A DNA stretch of 64,000 bases from Deferribacterales bacterium (GCA_050253075.1 JBFWJS010000002.1:32001-96000); one strand, 5' to 3'; positions 38,867 through 49,340 are shown, counted from the first letter of the stretch. The notes: generated from the letters alone by a model not told the origin. Numbers and translations are program-made.

Positions 38867-40511
38867 TGGTCAAATCCTTTATCATCTCTTCCGCCTGTCC
38901 GATGGCAGATGCAGTTATTTCACCCGTCAGCATGGATGCCAGCACTTTCAGCCTGTCTTCATCCTCGACACGGCTTATGTGCGTCTTCGCTTTGTCATCC
39001 TGCAGCGACTTTGTGATGTGGAAGTGTCTGTTACCCGCAGAAGCCACAACAGGAAGGTGCGTGATAACTATCACCTGTCTGCTGGAGGCAACTTTTTTCA
39101 GCTTGATTGCGACCTTTTTAGCCGTTCTGCCGCTGATGCCCGTGTCCACCTCATCGAAAATGAGCGTGCCCACTCTGTCGGCAATGGCAAAGACCTCTTT
39201 CAGAGCAAGCATCACACGGGATATCTCTCCGCCTGATGCCACTTTTGTCAGAGGCCCCGGCTCGAAGCCCGGGTTTGTGCTGATGAAGAACTCCGCACGG
39301 ATACCGGCGGAAGAATCGAGCTTATCAGCCTCTTCAAACACTGTAGTAAAGACACAGTTTTTGAGTTCCAGTTCATCGAGAGATTCAATAACTTTCGCCT
39401 CAATTTTCTTTGCTATCTCAGAACGCCTGAGATTAAGCACTTTTGCGTCTTCTGACAATTCTTTATATATTTCTCCAAGCTGAGATTCCAGCTTGTCCAA
39501 GTTATCCTGACCAAAATTTATATCGTTCAGCTTTTCCGCTGTTTCCTCTTCGAATTTTACTACGTCCTCAAGCTCCGGACCGTACTTCTTCATGAGGTTC
39601 TGCAGGCGGTATTTCCTGTCCATCAGGGTGTCCAGCTCCGCAGGGTCTAGGTCCTGCCTGTCGGCAACCTTCTCAATGGCGGCGAGAGCATCGTTTATGA
39701 GGTATGTCGCCTCGGCGAGCTGATTCGACGCAGACTCCAGATCTGAGCTGTATGAAGATACGCCGTGCAGGGCGGATGATGCGGAGGAGATGAGGTCATA
39801 TGCATTCACCTCTCCGTCACGGAGCATTCCGAGTGCACCTGCTGCGCTTTCCAGTATCTTTTCCATGTTTGAGAGCATGCTCACCTTTTCGTCTATGAGC
39901 TTGTCCTCTTCGATATCTATGTTCATGCTCTCTATCTCGTTCAGCTGATATTCGAGCATATCTTTCTCTTTTAATATCTGGGAACGGTTGTTCTTTATTC
40001 GGTTTATATCTTTTTCGAGAGTGTTGTAGCGTTCATATGTCTGTGCGTATTTATCTTTCAGAGCAGGCTCTACCAGAGCGTCTATGAACTCTATGTGGGT
40101 GGTGCTGTCGAGGAGCATCTGGTGCTCGTGCTGACCGTGTATATCGCAGAATCCAACGGCGATGTCTTTAAGCTGATCGACAGTCGCCATGCGTCCGTTG
40201 ATGTATATGCGGTTTTTCCCCGCCTTGTCTATCTCTCTGCGGATGATGATGTCGGACTCTATGTCGAACTGCTCTCTGATATCCTCAGACAGCTCGTCCA
40301 TCCCTGTGAACTCTGCCTCTACGACCAGCTTCTTTTCAGGGTCACGGAATAGCGTGCGGTTAAATCTGGCACCGAGCACAAGGTTCAGCGCACCGATGAA
40401 GACAGACTTACCGGCTCCGGTCTCACCTGTGATGATGTTCAGCCCGTCGGTGAATTCGACAGTGACAGACTCTATGACGGAGAGGTTCTCTACACGAAGC
40501 ATGCTCAGCAT
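38847..40511 (-). CDS. recN: DNA repair protein RecN
   Basis: TGETGAGKS, IHGQHEHQ, ASGGEISRVML, IFDEVDTGISG, ITHLP. Confidence 0.96.
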   Translation of the reverse strand: MLSMLRVENLSVIESVTVEFTDGLNIITGETGAGKSVFIGALNLVLGARFNRTLFRDPEKKLVVEAEFTGMDELSEDIREQFDIESDIIIRREIDKAGKNRIYINGRMATVDQLKDIAVGFCDIHGQHEHQMLLDSTTHIEFIDALVEPALKDKYAQTYERYNTLEKDINRIKNNRSQILKEKDMLEYQLNEIESMNIDIEEDKLIDEKVSMLSNMEKILESAAGALGMLRDGEVNAYDLISSASSALHGVSSYSSDLESASNQLAEATYLINDALAAIEKVADRQDLDPAELDTLMDRKYRLQNLMKKYGPELEDVVKFEEETAEKLNDINFGQDNLDKLESQLGEIYKELSEDAKVLNLRRSEIAKKIEAKVIESLDELELKNCVFTTVFEEADKLDSSAGIRAEFFISTNPGFEPGPLTKVASGGEISRVMLALKEVFAIADRVGTLIFDEVDTGISGRTAKKVAIKLKKVASSRQVIVITHLPVVASAGNRHFHITKSLQDDKAKTHISRVEDEDRLKVLASMLTGEITASAIGQAEEMIKDLTNASYIR

Positions 40512-41365
40512 TGGCTGATACCCCAGCCGAGCTTCTCTCTTAAAAGTGAGTAATAGTTCTTATCCTTCGGCACTATAAGGTTTGTGACGGTGCTCGCCTT
40601 CTTAACCGTGATGGTCATGGACTTATCCAGTTTGCGGAATATCTGTCCGTCGTATGTGATGGACACACTCCCTTTGTCGGCGTTCACCTTTATGCAGACC
40701 TCGCTTTCGTCGGATATGACGATAGGTCTGTTTGAGAGCCCCTGAGGGCATATAGGCGTGATGATCATTGTCTCGAGGCTCGGGTGTACGATAGGCCCCC
40801 CTGCTGCGAGGGAATATGCCGTAGAGCCTGTGGGTGTGGCTATGATGAGCCCGTCCGCACGGTATTCGTTCACCAGCATTCCGTCGATGAATACTGTGGT
40901 TTCGAATATTCGTGCTGCATCTGATTTATTGATAACGATGTCGTTGAGGACATCTATTTCCAGCATTTTTTCGTTTATCTGGAGCAGGTGTGAGTGGAGC
41001 TTCATCCTGCGCTCCATCATATAGTTACCGTCGAGCACGTCTTTCAGTGCGCTGACAGCGTGGTCTGCCGATGTCTCCGTGAGGAAACCGAGCCTGCCGA
41101 GGTTTATCCCGAGTATAGGTGTTTCTTTGTCTCCGAGGATGCGAACGGCGGAAATGAGCGTTCCGTCACCGCCGAGAACGACAGCAAGGTCTGCCTTCTC
41201 CTGAATCTCTTCGTCGCTGTTGAAACTGGGCTCTGCTATGACCTCTGCGGTGCGCTTATCTTTCAGCACAGTGCACCCTCTGCTGGAGAGAAAGCCCATT
41301 ATCTCGTAAATAATCGGCCTTACTCTGTCACCGTGAGGTTTGGCGATAATAGCTATATTCTTCAT
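40505..41365 (-). CDS. nadK: NAD kinase
   Basis: LGGDGT, GINLGRLGFL, LND, ADGLIIATPTGSTAYSLAAGGP. Confidence 0.96.
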   Translation of the reverse strand: MKNIAIIAKPHGDRVRPIIYEIMGFLSSRGCTVLKDKRTAEVIAEPSFNSDEEIQEKADLAVVLGGDGTLISAVRILGDKETPILGINLGRLGFLTETSADHAVSALKDVLDGNYMMERRMKLHSHLLQINEKMLEIDVLNDIVINKSDAARIFETTVFIDGMLVNEYRADGLIIATPTGSTAYSLAAGGPIVHPSLETMIITPICPQGLSNRPIVISDESEVCIKVNADKGSVSITYDGQIFRKLDKSMTITVKKASTVTNLIVPKDKNYYSLLREKLGWGISQC

Positions 41366-42155
41366 AAACCACCTGTCTGACAGTATCTTTCAGCTCTGCC
41401 TGATCTTCGTGGGCATTGTAAACAAAATAGGCAAGATATTCAACATTTCCTTTTGCGCCCTTTATGGGTGATGCAGAAAGTCCGTGAAGATAAAATCCGT
41501 GCGCTGCCCCGCATTCGGCTATTTCCATTATAACACGTTCGTGGACGGTTCGGTCGTTTACTATCCCGCCCTTGTCCACCTCGCCAGGCTTTGCCTCAAA
41601 CTGAGGCTTAATGAGAAAGGCGCACTCGCTCCCCTCACGGGCAAACTGTATGCACGAAGGTATTATCATGGAAAGCGATATGAACGACACATCGGCGACG
41701 AATATATCCGCCTTTTTGCCTATGGTCTCGAATTTTATAGTACGGAAGTTTGTAGCATCCAGCACGGTCACACGGCTGTCGTTAGCCACCTTAGGGTCCA
41801 GCTGTCCCTTCCCCGTATCCACGGCGAAGACCTCGCCCGCACCGTTCTGAAGGGAGACATCAGAGAAGCCCCCTGTGGATGCACCGATATCTATCACTAC
41901 TTTATCTTTGAAATCCAGATGGAAAACATGGAGAGCTTTCTCGAGCTTAAGCCCGCCTCTGCTGACGTATGGGATATGATGGCTTTTCAGGCGGACGATG
42001 GCTGTCTCGGGAAACATTGTCCCTGCCTTGTCCACACGGTGATCGTCCACAACGACTATCCCCGCCATAAGGAACTTTGCCGCCTCACGGGTGTCTTCGG
42101 CGAGACCCCGCTCCACAAGGAGATGGTCTATCCGTTCCTTGCGCACCTTAGCCAT
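41328..42155 (-). CDS. tlyA: TlyA family rRNA 2'-O-methyltransferase
   Basis: S4 domain, YVSRGGLKL, DIGASTGGF, DVSFISL, LIKPQFE, GN.EY. Confidence 0.95.
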   Translation of the reverse strand: MAKVRKERIDHLLVERGLAEDTREAAKFLMAGIVVVDDHRVDKAGTMFPETAIVRLKSHHIPYVSRGGLKLEKALHVFHLDFKDKVVIDIGASTGGFSDVSLQNGAGEVFAVDTGKGQLDPKVANDSRVTVLDATNFRTIKFETIGKKADIFVADVSFISLSMIIPSCIQFAREGSECAFLIKPQFEAKPGEVDKGGIVNDRTVHERVIMEIAECGAAHGFYLHGLSASPIKGAKGNVEYLAYFVYNAHEDQAELKDTVRQVVYEEYSYYRQTSR

Positions 42156-42156
42156 A

Positions 42157-44013
42157 TCAGATGTTTTCTTTGATACGTTTTACGATGGTTTCGGCGTCTA
42201 TCCCTGCTATGCTTCGGAGGCTTTTCAGGTCGCCGTGCTCTATGAATGTGTCAGGCAGTCCGAATTTAAGCACCTTCGCACCTATGCCTTTATCCATGAG
42301 AATAGACTGCACCTCTTCGCCTGCTCCGCCTTTTACGCTGCCTTCCTCAACCGTTGCGACGATCTTCGCCCCGCCAAGTGCATCGGCGATAGCTTTCTCG
42401 CTGAGAGGTTTAAGGAAGCGCAGGTTGACCAGAGTAGGATTATACCCCTCTGCTTTCAGAGTGTTATAGGCTTTGTACGCCTCTTCGAATATGTGCCCTG
42501 CGGAAACAATGGCGATATCTGCGCCCTTGTTTACAACCTCCGGCTCGCCCAGAATGACCTTCTGATCGGCAAGCTCAGGATAATTGCCCGCTGCGCCCCT
42601 TGCGTATCTCAGCGCAACAGGAGAGCTCATATTCTCCGCCAGCTTCATCATGGAGACCAGCTCAAAGCCGTCTTTGGGAAGCATAACGGTGAGGTTCGGC
42701 ACACATCTAAGGAATGATATGTCGAATGCACCGTGGTGTGTAGGACCGTCCGCACCCACAAGCCCGCCTCTGTCGAGGCAGAGAACCACAGGAAGGTTCT
42801 GCAGAGCTACGTCGTGGATTATCTGGTCGTATGCACGCTGCATAAATGTCGAATATACTGCGACGAAAGGCTTCATGCCGCTGATAGCCATACCCGATGC
42901 GAGTGTTACCGCATGCTGTTCGGCTATACCGACGTCAAAGACCCTTTCGGGGAATTTCTTTTCAAAAATGTTCAGACCCGTACCGTCCTTCATGGCAGCG
43001 GATATACCGACAATGCGCTGATTGCAATCTGCCATCTCGGCGAGGGTCTCACCGAATATCTCGGTGTAAGACTTCGCACCTTCGATCTTAACGGATTCGC
43101 CTGTTTCGATATCGAATGAGGCAACACCGTGAAACTTCGAAGGGTTATCCTCGGCGGGCTTATAGCCCTTGCCTTTCTTTGTAAGCACGTGGATGAGGAC
43201 GGGGCCGTCCTGACCTTTCGCATTTTCGAAGGCTTTTACGATGTCCTTGACCTTGTGCCCCTGCACAGGGCCTATATATCGAAGTCCGAGCTCCTCAAAG
43301 AGTATCCCAGGAGTGAAGAAGCCGACCATCCCCTCTTCCATCTTTTTAGCGATGGCGAGGAGCCTCGGTCCCAGAGGCTTTTCCTCTAAGTGATGCTGTA
43401 TCTCTTTGCGGACACGGGTGTAGAATTTGCTTGTCATCATATTAGACAGATAGTGCGAGAAACCGCCTACGTTCGGGCTGATGGACATCTCGTTGTCGTT
43501 CAGTATGACCACCATGTCCTTATCCAGCTCTCCGAGGTTATTCAGCGCCTCGAAAGCCATCCCCGCTGTCATGGCGCCGTCGCCTATCACAGAGATTATT
43601 TTACGCTCACGGCCTATTATGTCGTCTGCGAGACGCATGCCTAGACCTGCGGATATGGATGTGCTGGTGTGCCCCACACCGAAAGCGTCAAAGGATGATT
43701 CGGAGACTTTATTAAAGCCCGATATCCCTTTGAACTGGCGCAGGGTATGAAACCTGTCCTTTCTGTCGGTGAGTATTTTGTATGCGTATGACTGATGACC
43801 TACGTCCCATATGATGCGGTCGTGCTCGGCATTGAATGTTTTGAGCAGAGCAATAGTGAGCTCCACAACGCCTAAGCTGGGCGCAAGGTGGCCTCCTGTC
43901 TTTGAGCAGGTATCGATGATCCTGCGTCTGACGTCTTCGGCAACCCTCTCGAGGTCTTCGTATGATAATTCTTTTATATCATCAGGCAGTTTTAAACTAT
44001 CCAGATAAGACAT
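42157..44013 (-). CDS. dxs: 1-deoxy-D-xylulose-5-phosphate synthase
   Basis: GGHL, WDVGHQ, GDGAMTAG, NDNEMSIS, IAEQHA, YSTF.QRAYDQ, DGPTH. Confidence 0.98.
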   Translation of the reverse strand: MSYLDSLKLPDDIKELSYEDLERVAEDVRRRIIDTCSKTGGHLAPSLGVVELTIALLKTFNAEHDRIIWDVGHQSYAYKILTDRKDRFHTLRQFKGISGFNKVSESSFDAFGVGHTSTSISAGLGMRLADDIIGRERKIISVIGDGAMTAGMAFEALNNLGELDKDMVVILNDNEMSISPNVGGFSHYLSNMMTSKFYTRVRKEIQHHLEEKPLGPRLLAIAKKMEEGMVGFFTPGILFEELGLRYIGPVQGHKVKDIVKAFENAKGQDGPVLIHVLTKKGKGYKPAEDNPSKFHGVASFDIETGESVKIEGAKSYTEIFGETLAEMADCNQRIVGISAAMKDGTGLNIFEKKFPERVFDVGIAEQHAVTLASGMAISGMKPFVAVYSTFMQRAYDQIIHDVALQNLPVVLCLDRGGLVGADGPTHHGAFDISFLRCVPNLTVMLPKDGFELVSMMKLAENMSSPVALRYARGAAGNYPELADQKVILGEPEVVNKGADIAIVSAGHIFEEAYKAYNTLKAEGYNPTLVNLRFLKPLSEKAIADALGGAKIVATVEEGSVKGGAGEEVQSILMDKGIGAKVLKFGLPDTFIEHGDLKSLRSIAGIDAETIVKRIKENI

Positions 44014-44016
44014 TTC

Positions 44017-44916
44017 CTAGTTCTTTCTCTCTATTATGAATTTGGCTATTTCCCTGCACGGCTCTGCGGTCTTGCCGTATGGGGAGATTATTTCAAGGGC
44101 TTCCTCTATGAGAAGCTCCGCTTTTCTGTGGGATTCATCCAGACCGTGCAGAGCAGGATATGTCGCTTTGCCGTTTTCTTCGTCGCTGCCGACATCTTTC
44201 CCGAGCTCTTCCGTCGTTGATGTTATATCCAATATATCGTCTACTATCTGAAATGCAAGACCTATACGCATACCGTACTCACGCATGCGCTTCTTATCGT
44301 CCTCTGTGCCGAAACCGAGTATGGAGCCGAGCTCACAACAGTATGATATCAGCCTTGATGTTTTATTCATATGTATGAAGTCCACAGTGGATGCGTTGAA
44401 GACACCGTCCTCTGCCTCCATATCTGCGAACTGTCCGCCCACCATGCCTCTGTCGCCTGTGGCTTCAGCCAGCTTGTATGCGGCTTCGAGCATCTGAGAG
44501 CACTCCACGTCGGGATTTATCTCAGTGTTGCACATAACCTCGAAAGCCTTTGTGAGCAGTCCGTCCCCTGCGAGGATGGCTGTCGCTTCGCCGAACATTT
44601 TATGGTTTGTCGGCTTGCCCCTGCGGTAGTCGTCGTCGTCCATTGCGGGCAGGTCGTCGTGTATCAGCGAATATGTATGGAGCATCTCGACAGCAGCAGC
44701 AAAAGGAGTGACCTTATCAAAGTATCCCTCGAATATGCCGTATGATGAGTATATCAGCCCTGGGCGCAGTCTCTTCCCGCCGGCAAAGAGGGAATAGCGC
44801 ATTGAATCCACCAGACCCTTCACATGGTCGTCAGGACATGTCATGTATGTTTCGAAAAATTCCTCAACCTTGCTCCCCCAGAATTTGAGGTAGCTCTGCA
44901 TGTTAAACTCAGCCAT
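44017..44916 (-). CDS. ispA: farnesyl diphosphate synthase
   Basis: GGKRLRP, LIHDDLPAMDDDD.RRG, AILAGD, FQIVDDILD, K.TYP. Confidence 0.94.
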   Translation of the reverse strand: MAEFNMQSYLKFWGSKVEEFFETYMTCPDDHVKGLVDSMRYSLFAGGKRLRPGLIYSSYGIFEGYFDKVTPFAAAVEMLHTYSLIHDDLPAMDDDDYRRGKPTNHKMFGEATAILAGDGLLTKAFEVMCNTEINPDVECSQMLEAAYKLAEATGDRGMVGGQFADMEAEDGVFNASTVDFIHMNKTSRLISYCCELGSILGFGTEDDKKRMREYGMRIGLAFQIVDDILDITSTTEELGKDVGSDEENGKATYPALHGLDESHRKAELLIEEALEIISPYGKTAEPCREIAKFIIERKN

Positions 44917-45130
44917 CAAACCGCTCCGTTTCGACCTCTCCGCCCTCGGCAGAGAGAACCTTGTTTACCTTGTCTTCTATCTCGTCAAGCATCTTACGGC
45001 AGTCTTTCCCCAGCTTCATCCCGTCCTGAAACAGACCGAGGGTCTCTTCTATATCAAGTTCGCCGCTTTCCAGCTTTTCAACTATCTCTTCCAGATTCTT
45101 TATCTTCTTCTCAAAGTTTCCTTCGCTCAT
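44909..45130 (-). CDS. xseB: exodeoxyribonuclease VII small subunit
   Basis: FE.....LEEIVEKLE.GEL..EE....F..G..L...C...L; upstream of ispA. Confidence 0.94.
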   Translation of the reverse strand: MSEGNFEKKIKNLEEIVEKLESGELDIEETLGLFQDGMKLGKDCRKMLDEIEDKVNKVLSAEGGEVETERFDG

Positions 45131-45165
45131 TCAGCACTCCCCTTTGCAGGTTCAATATCAAAGTT

Positions 45166-46224
45166 TCAGCATTGGGCTTCTGCATCATGCTTAGCTCTCA
45201 GCTGTCCGCATGCGCCCTCTATGTCGCTTCCGAGAGACTTTCGGATAAATACACCGATTTTGTTATTTATCAGATATTCCTGAAATTTTAAAGTATCTTT
45301 TGCAGACGGAGGCTCGTAGTCTCCACTCCCGCCTGTGTTATAGGTTATCAGGTTAACTTTTATTTTATCCATCCCTTTCAGAAGGTTAACGAGCTTCTTC
45401 GCATCTTCCATGCTGTCGTTTATCCCTTTTAAAAGAACGTATTCGATGGTGATATTTTTTCTCTTTTGCAGAGGCACTTTTTTCAGGACAGACATCAGCT
45501 CCGTAAGGGGGAATTTGTTTGCGACGGGCATCACTTCCTTCCTTTTCGACTGGTCGGGTGAATTTATGGATACTGCGAGGTTCACAGGGGTATCCATTTT
45601 GAACAGCTCTTCGATCTTGTCCGCTACCCCGCATGTGGAGAGCGTTATCTTCCTGTGGGAAAATCCGTACCCGTCATCGTCGAGGAGTACATCCAGAGCG
45701 TTCTTTACATTTTCAAGGTTGTCCAGAGGCTCGCCCATCCCCATGAAAACGAGGTTGTGCAGGTGTGTCTCTTTCTCTGCCAGATATTCGTTCAGGCGTT
45801 TCACCTGCTTTATTATCTCGCCCATTGTGAGATTACGCACCAGCCCCAGCTTCGCCGTGGAGCAGAAAGTGCACCCCATACGGCAGCCGACCTGTGATGA
45901 TATACATGCGGTATATCTGCGTCCGTCGTTCAGGATAACTGCTTCGATGTGTTCGCCGTCTCCCAGTCTGAAGAGGAATTTGACAGAGCCGTCCTGCTTG
46001 GACGTGCGTATATCCTCAACCTCCATAACGGTAAAGGTAGCAATGGCGGAGAGCGCCTCTCTGTCTGCAACGGAAAGATCCGTCATCTCAGAAAGGGATT
46101 CCACACGCTTATGATGAAGCCATTTGTATATCTGTGTCGCACGGAACTTTTTCATACCGCGCGCAAGGACTGTCTCCTGCAGTTCTTTTAAACTGAGGGA
46201 GTCTAAATATAATTTTTCTGACAA
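45166..46224 (-). CDS. rlmN: 23S rRNA/tRNA m2A methyltransferase (radical SAM)
   Basis: CISSQVGCRMGCTFCST, MGMGEPL, IEY, ACGQL. Confidence 0.96.
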   Translation of the reverse strand: MSEKLYLDSLSLKELQETVLARGMKKFRATQIYKWLHHKRVESLSEMTDLSVADREALSAIATFTVMEVEDIRTSKQDGSVKFLFRLGDGEHIEAVILNDGRRYTACISSQVGCRMGCTFCSTAKLGLVRNLTMGEIIKQVKRLNEYLAEKETHLHNLVFMGMGEPLDNLENVKNALDVLLDDDGYGFSHRKITLSTCGVADKIEELFKMDTPVNLAVSINSPDQSKRKEVMPVANKFPLTELMSVLKKVPLQKRKNITIEYVLLKGINDSMEDAKKLVNLLKGMDKIKVNLITYNTGGSGDYEPPSAKDTLKFQEYLINNKIGVFIRKSLGSDIEGACGQLRAKHDAEAQC

Positions 46225-46233
46225 ATCACCCTC

Positions 46234-46578
46234 TCAGGAGAGAAAGTTCAGAGCATCTTCATTCGTGTCGTAAATGTTGAAGAGTCTGTTAAGGTTTGTA
46301 CTGGTGAAGATCTTCATGATCTCACTATTCACACTGGTCAGAAGGAGTATCTTATTGTTCTCCTTCAGCAGTTTCAGTATCTGGATAAGCTCTCTCAGTC
46401 CGCTGCTGTTAAGGTAGCTGACCTTTGAGAAGTTTATTATGATGGCATCCACACCGGGAAGAACATCGCCGGAATACTTCTTCAGCTCTTCACCGTTATA
46501 GGAGTCCAGCTCATTAACGGGATAGAGAGTTTCAATATGTTTTTCGCCGAATTCAGTCTTCTCACTGTTAAAGCCCAT
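46234..46578 (-). CDS. STAS-domain anti-sigma-factor antagonist
   Basis: ELD, INFSKVSYLNSSGL phospho-Ser motif. Confidence 0.88.
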   Translation of the reverse strand: MGFNSEKTEFGEKHIETLYPVNELDSYNGEELKKYSGDVLPGVDAIIINFSKVSYLNSSGLRELIQILKLLKENNKILLLTSVNSEIMKIFTSTNLNRLFNIYDTNEDALNFLS

Positions 46579-46587
46579 ACTGTCCTC

Positions 46588-47247
46588 CTATCCTATCAAT
46601 TTCCTGAGCTCAACCTGCCTTTTAAAGACATATTTAATAACTTTATCTCTTTCACTCTGAGATATGCCGTAAAATTCCGAGCCTACCTCAAAGTTCTCTT
46701 CTACTTTTCTAATGCGTTTCGCCTCTACTTTTACAGATTCGAGCTTCTCCAGCTCGCCCTGAAAAAACATCTCGAAAACATCGCCCTTCTTAATAGGCGC
46801 AGGGGTGAAAACCCTGCATCCGCCGCCGGACATATCTATTATTTTACCTTCGAAGAGCTTCTGCTTTATTATATCCCCTTCATCTATGTCTACCATAAGT
46901 TTAACAGGAATTCTCGTATCTACACGGAAAAATGAACGAAGTTCCTCACGAAACAGCAGATCAGGCTTAGTAACCTTAAGCATAGGAAGAGGATCCATGA
47001 ATCTGTCCTCGACCACGGTTTTAAAGCTGAGGCGTCCTCTGTCCATGACATAAGACACATGCAGCTTCGTATTCGGCTTAAGCGGTATTGTCACGCCCTT
47101 TTCCGAAGGCATCGAAATGTGCAATGAGCTCTTATCCATATCCTCGATACGGGAATCATACACACCTGCATGGTCACCGACCTTAACTTCGATCAGTAAT
47201 TTCTGGTTTATTGTTAAAAATTTATCAACTTCTGTTATTTTTTCCAA
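46588..47247 (-). CDS. YcgR-like PilZ-domain c-di-GMP receptor (flagellar brake family)
   Basis: YcgR_2-like N-domain (YDSRIED), RSFFR (RxxxR), DMSGGG (DxSxxG). Confidence 0.88.
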   Translation of the reverse strand: MEKITEVDKFLTINQKLLIEVKVGDHAGVYDSRIEDMDKSSLHISMPSEKGVTIPLKPNTKLHVSYVMDRGRLSFKTVVEDRFMDPLPMLKVTKPDLLFREELRSFFRVDTRIPVKLMVDIDEGDIIKQKLFEGKIIDMSGGGCRVFTPAPIKKGDVFEMFFQGELEKLESVKVEAKRIRKVEENFEVGSEFYGISQSERDKVIKYVFKRQVELRKLIG

Positions 47248-47299
47248 AAGCTAACACTCCCCTTTGTCAGCACCACACACTAATAGTAAGATATGTCTT

Positions 47300-47878
47300 T
47301 TATTTAATATTTCTACTGCCCGGTTTAACAACGTCCAGACCTTTCTTACAAAGCGGACAGTCAGCAGGATCGAAAACGCTGACGTCAACCTGCACGAGAG
47401 GGAAGAACGGGATGTCAAACTTCGCAGCACCGTTGCTTCTGTCTACGAGGCATGTAACGGCGATAACATCACCGCCTGCGGCTGTAACTGCATCTATGCA
47501 CTCTTTAGTGGACTTACCTGTTGTGACCACGTCTTCGGCTACCACAACTTTCTCGCCCGGCTCAAGTGTGAATCCTCTTTTGAAAGTCATCACCTCATTT
47601 ACCCTTTCGGTGAAAAGTGATCTTTTCTTTAGCTGTCTTGCAAATTCGTATCCGAAACGTATGCCGCCGATTGCCGGGCTGACAACAGTGGTGAACTTCA
47701 CATCGTACATCTGCAGAGCGAGCTCCTGTACCACCTGCTCGGCTATCACAGGATACTGCATAACGAGCGCAGACTGTAAGAATCTATCTGAATGAAGCCC
47801 TGAAGAGAGCAGAAAATGCCCCTCAAGAAGTGCATCATGTCTTTTGTAAATCTCAAGTATTTGTTCTTTGCTTAACAC
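47300..47878 (-). CDS. pyrE: orotate phosphoribosyltransferase
   Basis: GHFLLSSGLHS, EDVVTTGKS PRPP loop, KPGSR end. Confidence 0.95.
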   Translation of the reverse strand: MLSKEQILEIYKRHDALLEGHFLLSSGLHSDRFLQSALVMQYPVIAEQVVQELALQMYDVKFTTVVSPAIGGIRFGYEFARQLKKRSLFTERVNEVMTFKRGFTLEPGEKVVVAEDVVTTGKSTKECIDAVTAAGGDVIAVTCLVDRSNGAAKFDIPFFPLVQVDVSVFDPADCPLCKKGLDVVKPGSRNIK

Positions 47879-48579
47879 ATTTCCCCCTTGATCTCCATTG
47901 CTGCTTTTTTAGGGTCTTCCGCCTTAGTCACTGGCCTTCCTATAACAATGAAGTCTGTTCCCATATCTTTTGCGTCCTTCGGTGTTACAACACGCTTCTG
48001 ATCATCCACGGATGCTGTCAGAGGTCTGATACCCGGAGTAACGGTTATAAAGTCTTTTCCGACGGAGCCTTTGATGAAAGGTGTCTCCTGAGCTGAAGAT
48101 ACCACTCCGTCCAGACCGCTCTTTTTCGCTGTCTCTGCGAGGTGTATCACATAGTCTCTGCTGGTCTCAAACCCGAGCCTGTTCAGCTTCAGGTATTCCT
48201 CGTCGAGGCTGGTGAGCAGTGTCACGCCTATCAGCAGAGGTCTCGCCACGCCTGTCTTTGCGCAGTATTCGTCTATCTTTTCCACTGTGGTCTTCATCAT
48301 CTCGGGTCCGCCCTGAGTATGCATGTTCACCATGTCTGTCTCATACTTGAGCGAAGCCATAACGGCGCTTGTCACAGTGTTCGGTATATCGTGAAATTTC
48401 AGATCGAGAAATATTTTCTTCTGTTTGTTTTTAAGATATTCGATGACTCTCTGTCCGTCAGCCACAAAAAGTTCAAGCCCGACTTTATACCAGTCTACGG
48501 CATCTCCGGCGCTTTCCACTATCTTTTTTGCTGAGTCGAGATTATCGAAGTCAAGAGCTACAATCATTTCAGGTTTCAT
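47872..48579 (-). CDS. pyrF: orotidine-5'-phosphate decarboxylase
   Basis: IVALD, KVG, FLDLKFHDIPNTV, VT.LTS, TPGIRP, DQKR, IGRP. Confidence 0.97.
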   Translation of the reverse strand: MKPEMIVALDFDNLDSAKKIVESAGDAVDWYKVGLELFVADGQRVIEYLKNKQKKIFLDLKFHDIPNTVTSAVMASLKYETDMVNMHTQGGPEMMKTTVEKIDEYCAKTGVARPLLIGVTLLTSLDEEYLKLNRLGFETSRDYVIHLAETAKKSGLDGVVSSAQETPFIKGSVGKDFITVTPGIRPLTASVDDQKRVVTPKDAKDMGTDFIVIGRPVTKAEDPKKAAMEIKGEMC

Positions 48580-48728
48580 GGCATTTTACCTCCGAATGAC
48601 TTTAACAGAATTTCGATATTTTTCAACTGTTCAATTCAAAAACTATACGTGTTTATTAAGGATTTCCGATTGCTGGAACGGCAGCGTGAATGTAATATAA
48701 TTGTAAAGATTAGAAACATGGTAAAACA

Positions 48729-49340
48729 ATGAGTGAGAACACATACAACATTACAATTATTTCAATAGGCCCCGGAGCAAAAGACCTCATCACCGTAAGG
48801 GGACAGAGAGCAATAGACGAGCAGGACGTCATCATCGGCTTCAGAGAGGATGTGGACGCCTTCGCTCCTCATAAAGAGAGCTACTGCCCCGACAGAATGC
48901 GCACAGGCAGCATAGAATACATCGAACAGCACAAGGGTAAAAAGATCGGCGTGCTGGTATCTGGCGATGCGGGCTTCTTTTCACTGGCGAAGTTCATCAT
49001 TCAGCACTTCGGCAGAGACAGCGTAGAGGTCATCCCCGGTGTGAGCAGTGTCTCCGCAGGGTTCGCAAATATCAAAAATTCGTGGCAGGATTTCCGCTTT
49101 AAATCCGTGAGAGAAGAGGAGAACGACCTCACGGCAGTATCCGAGGACACCATACTCCTCTGCGACAGGCGCAACACGCCCGAGCAGATATTAAAGGCAA
49201 ACCCGCACCTGAAAGATAAATTCGACATAACCGTAATGAAAGATATCAGTCTCGAATCCGAGCAGATATTCTACGACCCTGACGAGAGCTTTAACAGCTC
49301 AAGGGTTCTCATCGTTTTAGAAAGTAAGAATAAGGCTTAG
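48729..49340 (+). CDS. tetrapyrrole methylase, CbiE-like (precorrin-6Y C5-methyltransferase)
   Basis: IGPG..DLIT, VLVSGDAGFFS, VEVIPGVSS, W.D. Confidence 0.75.
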   Translation: MSENTYNITIISIGPGAKDLITVRGQRAIDEQDVIIGFREDVDAFAPHKESYCPDRMRTGSIEYIEQHKGKKIGVLVSGDAGFFSLAKFIIQHFGRDSVEVIPGVSSVSAGFANIKNSWQDFRFKSVREEENDLTAVSEDTILLCDRRNTPEQILKANPHLKDKFDITVMKDISLESEQIFYDPDESFNSSRVLIVLESKNKA

